A DNA stretch of 37,151 nucleotides from Octopus bimaculoides (taxonomy: Eukaryota). Of this stretch, positions 21,528-33,788 are shown in pieces. The position numbers and the translations under genes are program-made. The DNA is taken from the NCBI RefSeq assembly GCF_001194135.2, contig NC_068981.1:129675056-129712206 (forward strand). The letters run 5' to 3'. The notes beneath the pieces are model-generated. The model had not been told where the DNA came from, did not search any database, and saw only the letters and a program-made list of their open reading frames with translations. Position 1 is the first letter of the stretch, and each line of letters starts with the position of its first letter.

Positions 21528-22653
21528 ATGACATTATATCCTTAAAATCTGTGTCAAAGCTGAAGTGTGTGTGTGTGAGAGAGAGCACACACATGCGTGC
21601 ATGCAAGAGAGAGAGAGAAAGAGAGAGAGTTGGATGAGTTATTAGAGTAACAGCTAAGTAATTGAATAGTCATCATTTTGTATCTCATCACTGGTGCTGC
21701 ACCATATCTATAACTAAAATGCTTCATATTTTCTGGCACAGTCAACCCAATTGTGACACAGGATGTGCATGTTATTACTTTTAACAGTGGAAGTATAATA
21801 TAGTTAATAAGTGTATATTTTGACTCACATTGCTGAATTCAAATCTACAATGTGTATAGCTTTGATGTCAGTAGGGAAAATGACCTATTCATAAATGTCA
21901 AGCGATTGACTGTTTTAACTCTTGCATGGAATAAATATTGATTGATTGATATGTAAATATGAGAGCATATGTGTGATTATATTGATTAAATGCTGTTGAA
22001 ATATATCAATTAGAAACACTTTCCAGTACCAGTTAATGAAAGAATTAGTTTGAAAATCTCATCAGGAAAGGACATATAACTGTGTAATATAAATATAAGC
22101 TCAGATTGTTATAATTGCATTCTTACTCAGAAAATGTCAGCATTGCTACCACCACTCCAAATCTACTCTTACTTCTGTCCTTTTTCTATGCTTGTGAAAG
22201 GCAAATATCAGTAATAATTTGCCTGGAGAGAGATTCTTTGGGTTGTTTATGTTGGTTTACTTACAATTAGAAAATAAGTTGGAGCACGAGCCTGAGTAAG
22301 GATAAAACTGGAGTCTAGTTATGGCAGAGACAAATATAATTAATAAACAAACTATTGTCATTATTGTGGTTAGCATTGCTACTATAATTGCTTCTTTGCT
22401 TCCTCCTCATCATCAATGTTAAGAACATTTTTTCGTTCTTTGTTTTCAATATCCTTAGAATTTTGGGATATTGTCACATGATACTGTGTTTCTATTTTGT
22501 TGTATGATTTGTACCAAGTGTTTTGATATTATGATAAGTTTTTGGAGAATGTACTCTCAAGGAAAGCATGGATGCTATAACTTATTATTTATGTCACTCT
22601 CCTATGAAGTGTGGCAGCTTTATCTTTTATCTTTTTAGAAGTCATTGAAATAA

Positions 22654-22865
22654 CAAGCTGGCAGAACTGTTAGCACATCAGGCAAAATGCTTAGTGGCAT
22701 TTTGTTGTCTTCGCATTCTGAGTTCAAATTCTGCTGAGGTTGACCTTGCCTTTCATCCTTTCAGGGTCGATAAAATAAGTACCAGTTGAGCACTGGAGTC
22801 GATGTAATCAACTTTCCCCTTCCCCCTAAATTGCTGGCCTTGTGCCAGAATTTGAAACCAATATT
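22654..22865 (+). mobile_element. SINE family A, full length
   Basis: A box TGGCAGAACTGTTAG, B box GAGTTCAAAT, core GCCTTTCATCCTTTCAGGGTCGATAAAATAAGTACC, tail TTTGAAACCAATATT. Confidence 0.9.
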
Positions 22866-22952
22866 CTAACAACAATATTCCTCAACAGTAGTCATACCTT
22901 TATGCTTCCTATGAAAAAGCCCTTATGCTCAAGAAAGATATTGTTCTTTAAG

Positions 22953-23110
22953 GTTGTTGTGTTTAACCCCAGGTGTAACTGGGCAGACCTATTTATAATC
23001 AAAAGTGTTCTATCCATGAATATCCTGTCCTTTCTTTTTAAGATTGCAGGATGTGATTTAAGGGACTTTTGGCTGCTAGCTCTAGCAAGTTGGACTTCTT
23101 CATTGGCTCT
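22953..23110 (-). repeat. Family D old SINE-like copy
   Basis: Reverse complement of the family D body: GTTGTTGTGTTTAACCCCAGG...GTGATTTAAGGGACTTTTGGCTGCTA. Confidence 0.6.
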
Positions 23111-23383
23111 TTACTCTGTAAGGTTTAATGCCCAGAATCTTTTCTGTTTGGCTTTCACTTTTCAATTCCTTCAATTTTGTTCCAATTAATTTCAAATTTG
23201 GTGTATTGCTGTAGTTTTGTATGCTAATTATGGAAATGAATTCCTTTATGTCATAAATTAATAAATAAAAAATTAATGCTTTTAAAGTTGGAAAATTTCG
23301 GGTAATTTTAGCCAATTGGAAGCCACAGACATATAGGTGCCTGTTTCTGTAGTAACAAACCAAGCTATTGTGTAGTTGCTTAC

Positions 23384-23519
23384 CTGTATGTTGCTGTCCT
23401 GTCTACCATTCTATGGTTGTCTCATATCTGCAAGTTTGTGTGGTGCAGGAGATATGAAAATTGTTATTTCTTTGACAAACTCTTGGAGTGCATCGCAAAC
23501 TTTTGTTTTTGATTTTTCA
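23384..23519 (-). CDS. Candidate host exon (136 bp); possibly carries a start codon (MVDRTATY-)
   Basis: Acceptor TATTTTGCAG| at 23520, donor CAG|GTAAGC at 23383. ATG at 23409 has A at -3 and G at +4 and is open to the donor. No repeat homology or partner exon recognised. Confidence 0.25.
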
Positions 23520-23719
23520 CTGCAAAATATGTATTGTTTACATGAATTACAGTTTGCTTTTTGTAATTTAACATTGTTTCAGTTTCATTTTTTTCTTCTT
23601 TTTTTTTGGTAATTTTTCACATTACATGCCTATTCCAACATTTCACATGACTTTATTCATTAAAGCTTATCAAAAAAAAAAAAATTTCTGTCAAATGTTT
23701 TGTCATCGTAATATTGTCA

Positions 23720-23909
23720 TCATGCACAAAATGCCAGCTTCCAAATCTTGTTTTTTGATTGGGTAAAAATGATCAAACTTTAAACCTCTGTAACATTTTT
23801 CTAAAATTTTTCTGGAACAAGTGAATAACAACATCATATTCAGCATGAAAATTTACATCAATATACCAGATTTGAAAATTTTCACTTAATTTCAAAATTT
23901 CAAAAAATG
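23720..23909 (+). repeat. Dispersed ~190-bp repeat, copy 2
   Basis: Colinear with 11523-11711. Confidence 0.75.
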
Positions 23910-23959
23910 AAGCCAAACAGAAAAGATCCTTCCTCTCTGTAAGTGAGTTATTAATACTG

Positions 23960-24140
23960 TTTTCTGATGAATAAGCCACATCCAGAGTTCACCTTAAGAA
24001 AAACAACATACTTCAAACTAGCTACTTTATGAAACTAGTCTTGATGCTTCTTAAGAGAAAAGGCAAAATAAATTCTGACAGGAAATGGTTGTCTCTTGAA
24101 TTGAAAAAGAGGGTTTACTGAAGTCTATGGCATACATGAT
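23960..24140 (-). mobile_element. Helitron/PIF1-type helicase C-terminal fragment, decayed
   Basis: Minus translation SFQFKRQPFPVRIYFAFSLKKHQD*...VVFLKV resembles F.FKRRQFPVRLAFAMTINKSQG. Confidence 0.6.
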
Positions 24141-24842
24141 TGCAGGTTGTTGTTATTGCTGCTGTTGATTTCATACAGTGATTTTCTGCTGAGTGTATTG
24201 CCCTTATTTCCAATAATATTTGGCAAGCAGTGCTTTCAGGAAGTTATACTTCTTTTTAGGTTTGGCCTTGTGTGGATGAGTAGAAAACAAGAAAATGACC
24301 ACAGACTCTATAAAGATAGTTGTTTAAAAAGAGAAAATTAGTAAATTGAGACAAATTAATATATTGAGAAATTATGAATTGAGATTTTTAAGACAAATTA
24401 AAAAGCTTAAAAGTTATAATTTTAATAGAAATAGTCTATAGTAGTTATAATTCAAATGTAGTACAGTGAATAAAATGATTAAAACAGAGAACTTATACTG
24501 ACTTTGAATGTATTTTAACGAGAGGAATAATGTGTAAACTGAATTACAGATGCAAAACAATATCAATATTAAGAACAAATAGAAGTGTATAAATGCTGTT
24601 TACACATGCAATGCCAAGCAAACTAATATTACAAAATTTCTTATAGTAAAACTGTGTAGAAATTTTGTTTCACTGAATAATTCAAACTATATTATAAATC
24701 TCAACTGCAAGTCTAAACTAGTGAACCCTATAACGCTGCAATTTTAAATGTGGCATTTTAAAATTAAGAATACCCAACAAAATGCAAGAATGAACATTTC
24801 GTATTATCTAATGTCAAAGTTATTCTCAGTGACAATGTTTTA

Positions 24843-25041
24843 GATATGAGGGAGCCTCTACACAGAAGCTTAACCTGCTACAAATAGACACCAAATTTTC
24901 TCAAACCACATCTAACTGTCTTAAAAAAGGAAGTATATATTGAACGTGCAGTTTTCTGCATACAAAAGACAAGATTGTTGCAGCTGACATGCCTTTGATC
25001 TTAGGACTGCTTGATCAGGTTTAGCCTGGGACTAAATAACA
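24843..25041 (+). repeat. Family D old SINE-like copy, near full length
   Basis: GGGAGCCTCTAC...AACTGTCTTAAAAAAGG...ATGCCTTTGATCTTAGG...CCTGGGACTAAATAAC. Confidence 0.65.
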
Positions 25042-25900
25042 TGTTTTAGCTTTGGGTGGGTGAGTGGTCAGTCTGTGAGCAGTAAAAGGTGGATTTTCAC
25101 ATGCATCTTATTTTATTTATAAAATTAATATTATTTTGAAAATCAAGTCTATAACCTGTTGTTGAGTCTTATTTTTAACCATTTCCATTCAGTTTAGTCA
25201 TTAATGGCCTTGGGAAAGACACAGTTACCAAAATACTCATTTCTCTCATCCCATAAAAATGAGAACTCATTATTCTTGCATGTACCACCTTAGGATCTAA
25301 GTCTTTTAACCATAGGTAGGTTTGTTTGCTCAGGCCTGACCTGGAGTTAAAAAATATAAAAGAAAACTGAGTTGTAGATTGATTTTTCTAGGCTTTTAGC
25401 TTCTCTCTATATCACCTTTCTTTTACTACTTAATACTTTGAGAAAGGTTTGAATGTTACAACTACATTTTCTTGTCCATCTATCTGAAGCTTTTTAAACA
25501 GTAAAGAAGCTATTAAAGAAAATTATTGATTCTTTTTTTTTTCCTCTCTTGACTCCCTCCACACTACAACACTCTGCAAACTGATTAAAATCTGTGAAAA
25601 ATACTTGAAACAGAACAATAAACATAAACAGAGTTGTTACGTATTCTGCTAACTGTCCCAATTGGTGGTAAGAAGTAATGTTGATGTGGAGTCAAGAGAA
25701 ATCCAATAAGTAATTAAATTTCCACTAGTACAGATGTGAATAATTTCTTCCCCATTGGCAAAAAATTGTTTTCTTTGAGTTGATAATTGTTGATAAATAA
25801 ATAAAAAAGACTGAAAATTTGTTTAAAAAAATTCTGCTTAAATATCTGTTTTGGTTTATTTTGATTGATTGATTATTGTTAAAATTAAATAGCATCATAC

Positions 25901-26113
25901 GGTGGCAAGCTGGCAGAATCGTTAGCACACTGGGCAAAATGCTTAGTGGTATTTTGTCTGTCTTTATGTTCTGAGTTCAAATTCTACTGAGGTTGACTTT
26001 GCGTTTCATCTTTTCCAGAATTGAAAAAATAAGTACCAGTCGAGCACTTGGGTTGATGAATCAACTTACTCTGCCACTGAACTTGCTGGCCTTGTACCAA
26101 GATTTGAAACCAA
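25901..26113 (+). mobile_element. SINE family A, full length
   Basis: A box, B box, core and tail as at 22654. Confidence 0.9.
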
Positions 26114-26248
26114 AATTAAATGGTATTATAATAAAAATTCTAGTTTGCTAGTTGTAAGGCTCAGAGTTTCAAGTATTGCTACAGGCTGTTGCACAAAGTA
26201 CATTACTGAGCAGCTTGTTGGTACCAATGTTGTTGGCAAGACAGATAT

Positions 26249-26298
26249 ACTACTAAGCATTTTGCCTGGCACACTAACAATTTTTCCAGCTCGTTGCC
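26249..26298 (-). mobile_element. SINE family A head fragment
   Basis: CTAAGCATTTTGCCTGGCACACTAAC...CCAGCTCGTTGCC is the reverse complement of the family A head. Confidence 0.75.
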
Positions 26299-26335
26299 AT
26301 AATAATAATAATAATGATAGTAATTATCCTTTCTA

Positions 26336-26524
26336 CTAAAAGCACAAGGCCTGAAATTTTGGTGGGAGGAGACTAGTCGATTACATTGACCCCCAGTGTT
26401 TCACTGGTACTTAATTTATCAACTCCAAGTCAACCTTGGTGGAATTTGAATTCAGAATGTAAAGATGAACAAAATGCCACTAAGCATTTCCCCCAGCACG
26501 CTAACTATTTTGCCAGCTTGCTGC
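26336..26524 (-). mobile_element. SINE family A, near full length (small core deletion)
   Basis: Reverse-complement match to the head, B box and tail. Confidence 0.85.
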
Positions 26525-26565
26525 TTTAATAATATTTATAATAATGAAAATAATCCTTTCTTCTA

Positions 26566-26700
26566 TAGGCATAAGGCCTGAAATTTGGTGGGTATAGTCG
26601 ATTACATTGACCCCCATGTTTCACTGGTACTTAATTTATTGACCCCAAAAGGATGAAAGGCAAAGTCGATCCCAACAGAATTTGAATGCAGAATGTTAGC
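26566..26700 (-). mobile_element. SINE family A, 5'-truncated
   Basis: GACCCCAAAAGGATGAAAGGCAAAGTCGA core on the reverse strand. Confidence 0.85.
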
Positions 26701-28199
26701 AACAAGGAGTGTTTAACATTGTAGATTTTTTAAAAGCACTTAAAAGTCAATGCATATTTGTAAATATTCATTAATTTACATGTTAGTGCTCTGATGTAGA
26801 CAGCTGTCCTCACTGTTAAACAGTTCCTAGTTTTATTTAAAAAATTGCAGGATGTGCATATGTATTGTAGGAGTCACAGTGTGGTGTTAAAGCCTCAGTG
26901 GAGCAAGTCACCCTAAGTGTGTTAATTAGTTACCAGATGGTAATTCTTTCACTTAAGTTCCAAATAAACAGACTTATTTCTCTCAGTGAATTATATGATT
27001 TGATGTTTAAAATTGAAATCTTTTAAAAGATATTTGTTTTGTTTCTTGTTCAAACTTTGTTTTTCAGGACATAGTTGTACTTAGAAGACTATCAAACATC
27101 TGTCTCAAGATACACATATAAATACTCATACACCCACATATGTGCACATTTACTTTTATACATAATTTTACACTCCTGGATAAACATAAATGCATTCAAA
27201 TCCATAACGGAGATTATATTTTTTAGCTGTATTTCTGTGAACATTAACAATAAAGACAGTAAAAGGGAAACAATTTAACCAGGTTAATCAAACTAAATAG
27301 AGGAGACTGAGAAACTACAGATGTTATCTAAATTCTATAGTTATTCACTGCTCCACTCACTATTGTTATGCCTGAATGTTTGTTTAACAACTAACTTTAA
27401 ATCTAAACTACTTTATGTTTTAATCTGCTAACATTTCATAGGTTTATTTATTAGTTTGTTGTAGTTCTTTAGACCTAGGTCAGTCCTGGTCAAGCAAAAT
27501 TATGATCAAAAGTATTTCAAATATGACCATCTCCCATTTTGGACATCAGGGACTTCATTGTCTAATGTGTACTTCTTTATTTAAAGGAATAACAATGAAT
27601 AAAAATATAGTATATATATATTTTTATTTGTTGCAAAGAAAAGGAAAGTTAACACCTGGATTTTTCCTTTCTTCACTCTCTCTCTCTCTCTTCTCTATCT
27701 TGAAAAAGAGACTATGTCTGAATTATGCTGATAATTTTCCCTTTCTTCACAATAGATACAAATATCTTTACATTACATTTATTTCTATTCCATTTTATTC
27801 CTTTGGCATATTGCTGCTGGTGTAGAAGCTTTAATGGATTGTTTCAATTTGAGATTTTAACTTCTTTATTTAAGGTCATATAATGTGATTTGAGAAAGAT
27901 TTGGATGCTATTTCTTGTAGGTTTAGCTAGTTTGGATTGCTTGTTTGTGAGTTTGTCATGTATGTTTGGATACTGATCATGATAGAAACCAAAGCATACT
28001 AGAAATCAGGGGTCACTTTGCTAAGCAAGATTTACACATACTATAACTGAATTGTCATGAGAGTTCCTGTTAAGACATTTGTTCATACAAATGCCATTTC
28101 TCTTCCAATACAGTAATAAAATAAAATATAGATGCTCCCTCAGTCTTGAAATGCATCTAAAAGAAGCCATAGTTAGGCTTCTTTAGAACAAGAAAATAC

Positions 28200-28640
28200 T
28201 TGAGCCCTGATCATTTGCTGGCAGTGTACTAAGCTCAAGTGTGACTGACGGAGTGTTACTTATGTATCTAAGACTCTGTTGCTACTAACAGAAAAAACAT
28301 CTGAGACCACATCCTATTAAAGGCCATCTGATTATCTGGCAGAGAGTCATTCACTAAAACACCACAACAACTAGCTTGAAGATGCTTGCTTTCTCTTTGC
28401 TTATTCTATGTAGAAGTGCCCCTCCAAGCTTGCAAGCTGTGGTATTGCTTTCAGCCAAGTCCACATGTCTCTTATTTTATCAGTGTTCCTTCTGTGTCTC
28501 ATGTCCTCTGGTCCTACACTAATACTTTTCCTAATCATTCTATAATCTTTTGGAATTCCCTTCCTGCTCATTTTTCTCCCCACATGTTGACTGATACAGA
28601 AACAATGAAAAGCCTGTAATTGCCTATGATCAAACAGTCT
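28200..28640 (+). mobile_element. CR1/L2-type LINE 3' coding end, decayed
   Basis: Fragments KAI*L, SLCLFY and TFPNHSIIFWNSLPAHF match the KAIRL..SL.LFY..SFFP....WNSLP pattern. Confidence 0.6.
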
Positions 28641-29394
28641 ATCGTAATCTAGCTGGATATTTTATTTCTGTTAAGAGATTCTACATCAAAGATGCAAAGC
28701 TGTTGTCTGAATGTTCATATATTCAACTTTGCTACAAATGTTGTTTTTATCTTAGTTTTGACTCATTATTCTGTTTGCTTCAGTCTCTCTGGTTCACAAC
28801 ATAGGAGTAGCTTCTCTAATTTCCAAAATTAGAGGTTGTTAGTCAGAAGGGCTCTCAATGTTTTCTGCATTAATATAAAATTAAATGAACAGTTTAATTT
28901 AACCAATAAAACAACTGAAGCAAGAAGGTTTTATGCACTAGGCTGATGGTGAAGCTTTAAGATAGACTATCATGATTTTAAATTATTGGTGCTTGTAATA
29001 TGTTTTGAAAAGACTGCAATTTAGAAATACTTATTCAGTTTATTTTATAATGTGGTCTAATAAACTCATTCACAGTATATCAAAAGAAACAAAATACATA
29101 AATAAGACCAAAAAAAAAAAAAAAAAAAGTGTAAGAATAAATGCTATTAATGAATTAGAGGGATCCACACAGTTGGTACATAACTTTGATTTCTTGGGTA
29201 TAAAGATCTCTTTGGACAGAGTCTACCACAAGTAACATGTCCCAAAAAGCTGTTATTTATACTTCATCTAGATGAACTGAGGTAACAGAGATGTAAGTGT
29301 TCTGTTTAGAAACACTAAAAAAAAAAAAAACTTTCTATTTTCTTAAAAATATAACTTAGTTAAGGGAGGATGGTTGATGTTCAGTTTGCCCATT

Positions 29395-30900
29395 GAAAGG
29401 GAACTTAGAAGTGTGCCTGAAAGGAAGTCATGGTTGGGAAGTGAATTCCAGAGGATTGCAATAGTGAAAACATATTAAGTTAAATGTTTATTGCGTCTTC
29501 AATTTCAAACTGTATCCCTAAGTTTATACAACAACTTCAGGCTGTGACTGATGGACTGAGTGGAGAAGGTGTGCTGACAGCCAGTACTGAGAAAGAAAGG
29601 CTGTTGAGATAATGCCAGAAGCAGAGGGAGAAGCCAATGCATCTGTGAACTAGTTAGTTGAAGTCAATCAGTGAAGGTCCTTGAGAAGATATTTCAGGTC
29701 TGACAAGAGAAGGCACCATTTAGATGTAGAAGTATAAAGTTGAGTGAGGGATGGTATCATCTGCACAGGTGTGTCTGTTGTTAGGGGAGACAGCAAATAG
29801 GTTGTTAATGTGCAAGAAGGAAGAGTGTGGGAAACATTACAGAATATAAGTTTCACCCAGATAGAATGTGGGTTAGACAATACCCCATTGGTCCACACTA
29901 ACAGGAAACTTCCAAGCCAAGAAATGAGAAATGCAATTGAGTTACTAGAAAAGCAATTGAATTAGTAGGTTGAGTTAGCTGAAAGCTTTGCTGATGTCAG
30001 GTACAACAATATTGTTTTTGTTGCAGTTCTCAAAAATGAAAGTCTAGTGGGGAGTGACAAAGGAAAGCAAGTTACCAGTAGGTTTGGTATAGAAAGGCTG
30101 ATGAGGGAGAAAAGCAAAGGGATGAAGTGATTAACAGCTTTTACTATCACCATTGAAATATTTGAAATGTGTGTGCGATATATATATATATATATATATA
30201 NNNNNNNNNNNNNNNNNNNNNNNNNNNNNNNNNNNNNNNNNNNNNNNNNNNNNNNNNNNNNNNNNNNNNNNNNNNNNNNNNNNNNNNNNNNNNAGAGAGA
30301 GAGAGAGAGAGAGAGAAAGGTGAGTGAGAGTGAAAGAAGTTGGTTGGCTCAGTTAGAGACATTGTCTTTTTTCTGAATGGACACAGTTTGTAGCAGCAAA
30401 AATAGTAGGTAGTTTTATTGAATATTATAAAATGATTGACTGCCTACTGCCTTGTTGGATTGGAACATTTGGCAACTTTGCATATGTGGTGAGATTGAGG
30501 GCATGGAGAAGAGAGTTTAGGAGGACTTTTGTTGAGTGCATGCAGTGTGGATTTTAATGTGAAGTGGACAGCATTGTGGATCCTGTTTCAGTGATAGGAC
30601 TGTTAGCAAAAGTATCTTGGTTGCAAACTGGTGAGTAGAAGGAATTTGAAAAGTTGGTAGTGACTTTGTTGGTATGGTACCAGAAGGTTGTCTGGCAACT
30701 TAAGAGATAAAAGAACTTGCAGATTGCATGGTGTATAAAGTTGCAATATTTTACAAGAATAAACTGGCTGTGATGTACTTGTGAGTAAAAGTTTCCTGGT
30801 GATTATGGGGAAAACTTCAGGTATGCTCTTTGCTCCCTGTGATCCAGATTTTAATCCACATGGTTTCTTTGCTTTAGCAGAATGAATATTACTGATATTA
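29395..30900 (-). mobile_element. CR1/L2-type LINE RT fragment, decayed and split by a microsatellite/gap
   Basis: Minus strand across frames: VVPDISKAF (LDISKAFD), SWLGSFL, PTLFLL, INNL...TCADDT (YADD motif) and ..NSLPNH at the 3' end. The left part is well supported; 30300-30900 is weaker. Confidence 0.7.
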
Positions 30901-31740
30901 GTTTCTGAAATGTTCCTTGGGATATGAGTACTTTTGAATTGTGCCTATAAGTACTTTTGAATTATTTGAAACTAATGTAGTTTGATGATTTTATTCACTA
31001 TTATGTTAGTAATTTTTGTTAAGTAAAACTATTAGTATGTTTAGAGCTAATTGTTCTCTAGTATTGATTATCTTCAGTATTCATTCAAAGAAAAATAATC
31101 CTTCAAGCTAAAAGCTTCAGTGTTATTAAATTAAAAAATATTTTGGCTTCCAAAAGTTCTTTTAAACCTTTAAATCTGGATTATCTTAGATTAAAAACTA
31201 AAATTAGCATCTTTGTGTTGAATTAAAATGGAGGAGTTAATTTTAGATAACTGAATGTCTAATCCAGTGAAACAAATCAATAGATTGACTTTGATATAGT
31301 GTGTAGGAAGACAGTAAGGCTTTATAGATCATTGTGACATTATAGATTTTCCTTTCACTGTTTGGAATAAATCTAGGTAAGAAAATGTTTTATTCACAGT
31401 TACAAGATAGTTGAAGGATGTTATTAAGGGTTTTAAGATAGTGGAATCAAATGGATGATACTGAGTCATCTATGATGATTTATGAGCATCTTTAATAAAT
31501 TTCTGAGTTAAGGTCTCACTGAAAAGCTTGACATCCCTTTCATCTCCCTATAGTTAATTGTCAGAGATGAGTTGATCAAATAAAACTCTTTAGGAAAGAG
31601 AAAGAAAAAAAATAACAAACAAAAAACAACAACAAATAACACATTTTACCAAGATCAGAGATTTTATGGATTTTCCTCTTTATATGTATGTTAGTGTGTC
31701 TATATGCATAGTTCAACTAGTTAATTAATGGCACTGTTTC

Positions 31741-31972
31741 TTATTTCTTTACTGCCCACAAGGAACTACACACAGAGGGGACAAACAAGGACACATAAAC
31801 GGATTAAGTCGATTATATCGACCCCAGTGCATAACTGGTACTTATTTAATCGACCCCAAAAGGATGAAAGGCAAAGTCGACCTCGGCGTAATTTGAACTC
31901 AGAACGTAGCAGCAGACGAAATACCACTAAGCATTTTGCCTGGTATGCTAACGTTTCTGCCAGCTCACTGCC
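31741..31972 (-). mobile_element. SINE family A head/core with a different 3' tail; young copy with TSD
   Basis: CpG-rich core. TSD TAATGGCACT(G/A)TTTC at 31726-31740 and 31973-31987. Tail ...GTGTGTAGTTCCTTGTGGGCAGTAAAGAAATAA. Confidence 0.92.
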
Positions 31973-32376
31973 TAATGGCACTATTTCAGTTATGTAATTA
32001 GTTTGACACAGATATTTATTATCTGCAACGTATTAACCATAAATGAGCCAATTTATACCATTAGTCTGATATACAGGATTCATGTTTTCAGTACTTTGTT
32101 TATCCCCACTTCACCATAATTAGTAAATGCTATAGTAGGAGTTTAGTAAAGACAGTTGAATCTGCTTTTGCTATCATTTTACTCATCAGCCTTTCTCTCT
32201 CAATGAAGCCCGTTGTAGGTAAAGTAAATTGTTAAAATTGTTATAAAGTTGCATTCATGAGCTAAACAACATCTCTGCTATCTGAACGGAGATTATGGTG
32301 CAGTTACTAGTTCTTGGTAAATTAAACAGAATTTATTTACATCATTAATGTAAATGAATGAATGATAAAGCATCTA

Positions 32377-32579
32377 TGAAGAGGCACTGAAAAGTTCCTA
32401 GCTTTAAGATTATTGCAAATAGCCTGGTTCGAGGCCCAACCTACTGAGTTCTATTACAGGGCTTAGAAAAACTGAAGGACTGCTGCAATGAGAGGGGAAT
32501 ATGTTAAATAAAATCATAATTAACTAATCTTCCTGTATTTTCTTTTAGCCAAAGCCAGGAAGTTTTCAGTAGCTCCTCA
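32377..32579. mobile_element. mariner-type MITE, 203 bp
   Basis: TA|TGAAGAGGCACTGAAAAGTTCCTAGCTT ... AAGCCAGGAAGTTTTCAGTAGCTCCTCA|TA: 28-bp TIRs (23/28) with TA TSD. Confidence 0.88.
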
Positions 32580-32764
32580 TATGTAATTGCTTGACCTGTT
32601 ACAAATAATAACCAAATTTCTCTCAAAACACACTTTGCCACTTCAATAAAAATTAATTCAATGTGGTCTTGGATACATTGTATTTGTAAAAAAACCCCCA
32701 AAAAACCCCCCAAAACCTGGGATGTTAAAGGTTAGAACACCTTTAATATTAGGACTATTTGAAA

Positions 32765-32977
32765 GACAGTGAGCTGGTGGAATCGTTACCACAGAGGGCA
32801 AAATGCTTAGCTGCATTTCATTCGTCTTTACATTTTGAGTTCAAATTCTGCTGAGGTTGACCTTGCCTTTCATCCATTTCAGAGTCAATAAAATTAGTAC
32901 CAGTTGAGCACTGGAGTCAATGTAATCGACTTATCCCCTCTCCCAAACTTGCTGATCTTGTACCAAAAATTGAAACC
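32765..32977 (+). mobile_element. SINE family A, full length with TSD
   Basis: A/B boxes and core present. TSD AATATTAGG(AC/TT)TATTTGA at 32745-32762 and 32978-32995. Confidence 0.9.
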
Positions 32978-33352
32978 AATATTAGGTTTATTTGATGTGG
33001 ACTGACTTTGGGTTAAATAGCAAAGACATTAAAACTAAATTCTTTTAATATTTTCTTTTAGTCTTTCTGGTTTATTAATTTTGATTCTTTATTTTTTTAT
33101 GTCTTGACAAAGCATCAACTTTTTCTCATATTGGGAGTACATAAGCCCATCAAGTATTTAAATCCCTCAGTCTTAATAACACTCTATATTCATATACAAT
33201 GTTATTAAGTGTTTTAACCTAGAGGGAATTTTTTGAGTGCTTTAACCTAGAAGGAATTTTTCAGATAGGGGATTTATTTACATGAATTATAAAGGTTTCT
33301 AATGTAGAACATGGTCTAAAATTTTAGTGAAGGGTACAGCCAATTATATTGT

Positions 33353-33487
33353 TTCCAGCATTTGACTAGTTCTAACTGGTATTAGTATGTTATTATTTTA
33401 TCAACTCTGGGAGGGTAGGAGACAAACTTGGTCAACAGGATTTGAACACAGAATGTATAGGATTGTGAGAAATACTACTGATTCTGC
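33353..33487 (-). mobile_element. Old degenerate SINE related to family A
   Basis: ACTGGTATT...TTTTATCAACTC...GGATTTGAACACAGAATG resembles the reverse-complement core and B box. Confidence 0.5.
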
Positions 33488-33597
33488 TATCCACCACTCT
33501 TATTAACATGCATTATAATAGCAACAGAATCATCAAGATATATATGTATCAGTGAATCTTGCACCACAACTGCTACTACCACTGCCGTCACTGTCAC

Positions 33598-33788
33598 CAC
33601 CACCACCACCACCACATGTCTGTTTTCCATATTGGCATGGGTTGGACAGTTTGACAGGAGGTGGTCAGCTGGAGAGCTGCACCAGGCTCCATTGTCTGTT
33701 CTGGCATGGTTTCTACTGCTGGATACCCTTTCTAACACCAACTGCTTTACAGCATATACTGGATGCTTTTTTATGTGGAGCCAGCACA
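33598..33788 (-). mobile_element. RTE LINE 3' UTR fragment
   Basis: TTTTCCATATTGGCATGGGTTGGACAGTTTGAC...GCTGCACCAGGCTCC matches 8314-8480. Confidence 0.75.

Noticed and set aside
26842-26940. Possible plus-strand exon (TTGCAG|GATGTG...GATG|GTAATT)
   Set aside because: Stops in all three frames and a weak pyrimidine tract.
28160-28184. 9-bp-stem hairpin AAAGAAGCC/GGCTTCTTT (similar 8-bp hairpin at 20581-20602)
   Set aside because: Short stems are expected by chance in 37 kb of AT-rich DNA, with no supporting context.
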